Source: an uncultured Candidatus Saccharibacteria bacterium
GTDB taxonomy: Bacteria; Patescibacteriota; Minisyncoccia; Phycocordibacterales; VMEP01
DNA length: 64,000 nucleotides
NCBI GenBank assembly: GCA_964579635.1
Contig: CAZOFV010000003.1
Coordinates: 2,768-66,767, forward strand
Direction: 5' to 3'
Shown here: piece by piece, positions 59,908 to 64,000 of the stretch
Layout of the letters: the number at the start of each line of letters is the position of its first letter
Numbering within the stretch: position 1 is the first letter of the stretch
Made by a program: the position numbers and the translations under genes
Notes under the pieces: generated by a model
The model's input: only the letters and a program-made list of their open reading frames with translations
Told to the model about the DNA's origin: nothing
Database searches by the model: none

Positions 59908-60786
59908 ATGGCTTTTTATATGAGGCGACCATGGGGGAGAATGTGGAAACTTGTTAACCATAAAAATTTTTGGGTTAAATTTCTTGTGGTCGGTGGGCAG
60001 ACAAGCCTGCAGAGTCATAATCATCGTACTGAATGGCAACTTGGGGTTTTTAAGGTTACCCCTAAAAATAAACACTACGTGCTTCCGGGCGCATATTTTA
60101 GAATAGTTCGTGGCAAGGGGGTTCAAGGAACCGAGGAAGACGACAAGCATCACGAATGGCATGTTGGTTTTTATAGAGTGAAACCAAAAGAGAAACACCG
60201 CTTGCTTCGTGGTGTCTATCTTGAATTTGTACACGGTAGCGCTGCCGACGAAGGAGATATTGTTCGATATGAAGATGATTACAGTAGAACAGGGGAAGAC
60301 AGCGAACAAATAAACGAGAAAGAAAAAATAGTTGTGGTGAGCGGGGGATTTGACCCTATACACGTAGGTCACTTGGAAATGTTTGAAGAAGCTAAAGCTT
60401 TAGGAGATAAGCTCGTTGTAGTGATTAATTGTGATGCATGGCTCATTCGCAAAAAAGGAAAATATTTCATGAATCAAAATGATCGCGCAACACTTATAAA
60501 AGGAATTAAGCATGTAGACGATGTTTTTATTTTGGAAACTGACCGTGATGATGTTGGTGAGGCAATTGAAAAAATACGCCCACACATTTTTGCTAACGGA
60601 GGTGACAGAAAAGATGAGAACGCAATACCAGAAGCGAAGATTTGTAAAGAACTAGGGGTGGAAATGGTTTTTAATATTGGGAAAAGCGGAAAGGTCCGTT
60701 CAAGCTCAGAACTTTTGGAAGATTATATAAAAAAGGACGGTAAAAAAACTGCACGCGGAGATTTTTCTTGGCAAAAAAACGTATAG
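59908..60786 (+). CDS. ManC-type cupin-like region fused to a HIGH-motif nucleotidyltransferase
   Basis: RPWG, SLQSH.HR.E.W, DIVRYEDDY.R; then SGGFDPIHVGH, FANGGDR, SSS. Confidence 0.78.
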   Translation: MAFYMRRPWGRMWKLVNHKNFWVKFLVVGGQTSLQSHNHRTEWQLGVFKVTPKNKHYVLPGAYFRIVRGKGVQGTEEDDKHHEWHVGFYRVKPKEKHRLLRGVYLEFVHGSAADEGDIVRYEDDYSRTGEDSEQINEKEKIVVVSGGFDPIHVGHLEMFEEAKALGDKLVVVINCDAWLIRKKGKYFMNQNDRATLIKGIKHVDDVFILETDRDDVGEAIEKIRPHIFANGGDRKDENAIPEAKICKELGVEMVFNIGKSGKVRSSSELLEDYIKKDGKKTARGDFSWQKNV

Positions 60787-60828
60787 AAAAGTATAATCCC
60801 TTGAGTATTAAGTGTTTTTGGTAAAATT

Positions 60829-60874
60829 CCCCACCCCCAATCCATGTGCTATAGCATATGGATTGGGGGTGGGG
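60829..60874. repeat. 46-bp palindrome upstream of the PaaX/Cas2-like gene
   Basis: CCCCACCCCCAATCCATGTGCTA|TAGCATATGGATTGGGGGTGGGG, one G:T mismatch. Confidence 0.9.
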
Positions 60875-60903
60875 TAAAATTAGTATAAATTTAATAAAGG
60901 CAC

Positions 60904-61473
60904 ATGGGAGTACTTGAAAAAGAATCAAAAAAGAGGGCACAAAAAGAAAATGTACAAAAAATTATTTTGTCTGTTATTAAGGGGGCTGGGATATTAAGTG
61001 TTGCGTTAATTTCACCGAGTGTTGTTGGCGCATTTAATAAATTAGGAATTATTAGAAGAGACAATTATTGGGTAAAACGTTCTATCGATCGGCTTGTTGA
61101 AAAAGGATTAATAAAGTTTGAAAAAACAGAAAAGGGAAATTTTTTTCGCCTTACCACTGAGGGCGAAAGACGTTTATATCAAATGTATGACAAAGGAGAG
61201 TTACCAAGGCCAAGAAAATGGGATGGTAAATGGAGAATTATTATTTACGACCTTAAGGAAGAACGGAAAGCACTTAGGGAAAAATTAAGGAGAACAATAG
61301 AAAGTTTTGGTTTTTTGAAACTACAGGATAGTGTCTGGGTATATCCATATGATTGCGAGGATTTAATTACTCTAATGAAGGCTGATTTTAAAATAGGGAA
61401 GGACGTACTTTATATAATTGCCGATAAAGTAGAAAATGATAAATTTCTCAAAAAAGAATTCGGTATTTTGTGA
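60904..61473 (+). CDS. PaaX-like protein: winged HTH plus Cas2-like ferredoxin domain
   Basis: RSIDRLVEKGLI..FRLTTEG (wHTH); KWDGKWRIIIYDL.E..K..R..LR...GF..LQDSVWVYPY. Confidence 0.82.
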   Translation: MGVLEKESKKRAQKENVQKIILSVIKGAGILSVALISPSVVGAFNKLGIIRRDNYWVKRSIDRLVEKGLIKFEKTEKGNFFRLTTEGERRLYQMYDKGELPRPRKWDGKWRIIIYDLKEERKALREKLRRTIESFGFLKLQDSVWVYPYDCEDLITLMKADFKIGKDVLYIIADKVENDKFLKKEFGIL

Positions 61474-61501
61474 TTGTATTCGAGTTTAGATTGTAAAAGT
61501 A

Positions 61502-61543
61502 ACACCTCCAATCCACGTGCTATAGCACGTGGATTGGAGGTGT
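61502..61543. repeat. 42-bp perfect palindrome downstream of the PaaX/Cas2-like gene
   Basis: ACACCTCCAATCCACGTGCTA|TAGCACGTGGATTGGAGGTGT. Confidence 0.92.
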
Positions 61544-61651
61544 GGAGAGGCGAATATTGGAATCTGACAAAGAATCGAAAAATGAGTTATCCACAGAAGT
61601 GGTAGTGAGGGAAGGGAAATGAGGTGGGTTGTTTGGTAAAATTTGGGGAAT

Positions 61652-62290
61652 ATGTCCATTTTAAACTGGGGGTGGAGAAAAATTTTGTTACGAGCGCTCG
61701 CCGTTATTTTTATTATTTATGTTGTGTTGGTAATTTATCGAGCTTTTCATTTTTGGAATTTAGAGAAAACAAATAAACAGGTTGAAAAAATACATTCAAC
61801 TAAACTCACATTAGATGATGTGTTTGGTAGAAATTTACCACCAGACCCTGGGGCGGAAGCTGATAAGACAGTTGCGGGAATTGATGCTAACACGAACGGA
61901 ATTCGTGATGATGTAGAAATCGCAATTTTTAAAGAATATCCAAACTCGGCCAAGACGAGGGCGGTGTTGCTTCAATATGCGCTGGCCCTACAGATGGAAG
62001 TAACTCAGCCGATGGTGAATACGGAAACAGTGACAGAAGTGGCAACAGAAAGTAGTCGAGCAGATACATGCCTTGCTGATACTCTTGTGCCAAGAAAAAG
62101 TCCCGAATCATCAAGAGATAATGTTGCTATAGAAGAGATAGATAAATATATCAACTTTGTGAAAAACAAGCAGTTGAATACTGAAACAAGAGAAAATGCC
62201 CACAGGGATTTTTATCGAGGAAATCTTGGGAGTTATGGTGAATCAACAAACATGGTGTGTGACATAGATCCTTCTACTCTGCCAAATTAG
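61652..62290 (+). CDS. Membrane-anchored hypothetical protein with a DxNxNG Ca-binding-like loop
   Basis: TM helix; LPPDPG..ADKTVAGIDANTNGIRDDVE. Confidence 0.75.
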   Translation: MSILNWGWRKILLRALAVIFIIYVVLVIYRAFHFWNLEKTNKQVEKIHSTKLTLDDVFGRNLPPDPGAEADKTVAGIDANTNGIRDDVEIAIFKEYPNSAKTRAVLLQYALALQMEVTQPMVNTETVTEVATESSRADTCLADTLVPRKSPESSRDNVAIEEIDKYINFVKNKQLNTETRENAHRDFYRGNLGSYGESTNMVCDIDPSTLPN

Positions 62291-62305
62291 ATTTATCAGA
62301 ATTTT

Positions 62306-64000
62306 ATGAATTATTTTTCATTAAAATTTAAAATAATTACAATTATTGTTTTTGTTGCGATACCACAGCTTTTCGTTTTTGCGCAGACTCGAGGTCAAAC
62401 TTGTTCCCCAAATGGGTATACCATCGAAGCAATTAATGGGGTCTTTACCGATGACTCTGAGGCTAAGGAAAATAAAGATAGTTTAAAAAAACATTTGCCA
62501 AGTATTTATAATAATGAACCGCTAATCGTAGATTATCTTCACAATCCATCCCACCTCGCTGGCATTGGCGATGGGTTAAAAGCTCTATATCAAAAAGTTT
62601 TTGATGACGAAACAATAGAAGATTACGACTTGGTTGAAATGCTTCAATCAGCTAGTGAAAAAGTTAAAACTAAAAAAGTGCTCCTCGTTGCCCATTCACA
62701 GGGTAATTTTTATGCCAATAGTTTTCATGACAAAGTTTATGGAAATCAAGAAAATGCTTCCGCAAACTCTATTGCTGTTTATGCTGTTGCTACTCCGGCT
62801 AGTCGCGTTGCGGGTGGTGGAAAGTGGCTTACTTCAAGTACCGATAAAGTTATTTCTGATTTTGTTGCAAGTGTGCCGTTTAAGAAAATCATGCCCGCAA
62901 ACACAAAAATTATTTTAAAAGAAGGTGATGATAGTCGTGGGCATAGTTTTTCAGATGTTTATATAAAATATCGCGCTGATCAAATTGTTTCCGATATCAA
63001 GGGGTCACTCGATAATTTGAAGGCCAATAATAGTGAAAATTTACCTTGTATTGCGCCACCAAAACGCACTACTGCGCATAAGGTCGAGGGTGCGATTTTT
63101 GCCGTCGTTGATCCTGTTGCGGAAACTACATTAGACGGGACACTTGCAGTTGCGAGTGGTGTTTATGGTGCGACAAAAAATATCGCTTCGGCTATTGGGT
63201 CCGGCGTACGAGTTGTTACTAATTTTGCTTTTAGTAATTCAAATAGTGGTGCGGCGGTAGTTCTCGCCACAGAAACTAGTAACACAAATGAGCAAAAACA
63301 AACAGAAACCGTCACTCAAGACGCTTCCGTTGTGATTGTTGAACCAAACCAAATTGCCCAACAATCTGAAGTGGTGCCTCAAAATGAAGTACAAGATGAG
63401 AGTAATCAAGCTGAATCAGTAGCAACTACAATAATTGTTAAAGAAACGACCGCACCAGAATCAACTATAAATAATATTCCTGAACCAAAGATTAACTTTG
63501 GTAGTGGTTTTTCCCCAGGATTTGGTGGTGGTAGCGCGCCTGCGGTAACACAAACACAAACATCTTCCGCTGATGAGACACTTAGTGTAACTAATGTCGC
63601 AAGTGAACCAGAACAGGTTTTAATTTCTGTAACATCACCAGCTGATTTTTCTCAAACGTTTGCAACGACAACGATAATATTTTCTGGCACTTCGACTCCT
63701 GGTGCGGTTATCTCGAATTCTTTTTCAGAAGCGACCACGACCTCGTCAGGAGAGGGTAATTGGTCACTTTCTGTATCTCTCTTTCCACAAGGAGCAAGCA
63801 CGATACAATTTTTTGCGAGAGTTTCTGGTAATGAAAATGTTGGACAACAAGAAATTACACTGACAGTTGATGTTCCTGTCGTTCCGTCACCAACAATTAC
63901 TTCACACACTTTTCCATTACAGCTTCGCGCGAAGTCAGTTACTTTTTCTGGGACTGGGACACCAGGATTTACGATAACAAATAATTTTAATAGCATGACC
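62306..64000 (+). CDS. Large secreted alpha/beta-hydrolase (lipase-like) protein with Thr/Ser-rich linker and Ig-like repeats; runs off window end
   Basis: Manual translation MNYFSLKF.. (signal) ..INGVFT..KVLLVAHSQGNFYAN..; frame appears open to 64000; C-terminal IFSGTS/TFSGTG repeats. Confidence 0.75.
   Translation, partial: MNYFSLKFKIITIIVFVAIPQLFVFAQTRGQTCSPNGYTIEAINGVFTDDSEAKENKDSLKKHLPSIYNNEPLIVDYLHNPSHLAGIGDGLKALYQKVFDDETIEDYDLVEMLQSASEKVKTKKVLLVAHSQGNFYANSFHDKVYGNQENASANSIAVYAVATPASRVAGGGKWLTSSTDKVISDFVASVPFKKIMPANTKIILKEGDDSRGHSFSDVYIKYRADQIVSDIKGSLDNLKANNSENLPCIAPPKRTTAHKVEGAIFAVVDPVAETTLDGTLAVASGVYGATKNIASAIGSGVRVVTNFAFSNSNSGAAVVLATETSNTNEQKQTETVTQDASVVIVEPNQIAQQSEVVPQNEVQDESNQAESVATTIIVKETTAPESTINNIPEPKINFGSGFSPGFGGGSAPAVTQTQTSSADETLSVTNVASEPEQVLISVTSPADFSQTFATTTIIFSGTSTPGAVISNSFSEATTTSSGEGNWSLSVSLFPQGASTIQFFARVSGNENVGQQEITLTVDVPVVPSPTITSHTFPLQLRAKSVTFSGTGTPGFTITNNFNSMT

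Noticed and set aside
60829-61543. CRISPR-Cas locus (Cas2-like gene plus repeats)
   Set aside because: Only two repeats, about 630 bp apart with a gene between them; no spacers, cas1 or other cas genes
61587-61595. DnaA box TTATCCACA as a sign of oriC
   Set aside because: Single box; no cluster and no dnaA/dnaN nearby
62634-63996. Track ORFs 62634..62918 and 63652..63996
   Set aside because: Shadows of the long open frame starting at 62306

Overview
AT-rich bacterial chromosome segment, code 11. Gene content and style suggest Patescibacteria/Parcubacteria (inference): lone VirD4/TraD-like ATPase, pilin, DUF192, class II RNR, PaaX/Cas2-like protein, few Shine-Dalgarno sites. 1-21.6 kb is mostly housekeeping: rnj, ABC substrate-binding protein, secG, groES/EL, lemA, htpX, pgsA-like, tRNA-Ser, pilin, nrdJ, tRNA-Ile, murI, murC, rsmI, with several GC-richer orphan single-gene units. 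21.6-60.8 kb is a mosaic surface-glycan locus: about 14 glycosyltransferases, about 8 methyltransferases, wzm/wzt, gmd/fcl, ColD-like, gmhA/hddA, asnB, a B12 radical SAM enzyme and a split TPP enzyme. The window ends with a secreted lipase-like gene pair. Best new signals: (1) a ~280-bp element whose only gene is a stand-alone GIY-YIG nuclease, bounded by perfect terminal inverted repeats and a duplicated ATGA, sitting at a stop/start overlap so both host genes stay intact, plus an internally deleted non-autonomous copy and a third decayed relative; (2) a wHTH+Cas2-like (PaaX-type) gene bracketed by two 42-46-bp palindromes with compensatory substitutions; (3) a tRNA-Ser surrounded by interrupted, antisense and direct fragments of itself; (4) phased direct repeats upstream of a BldC/Xis-like HTH gene heading the gmd operon. 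All calls come from reading motifs by eye; no database searches were run.
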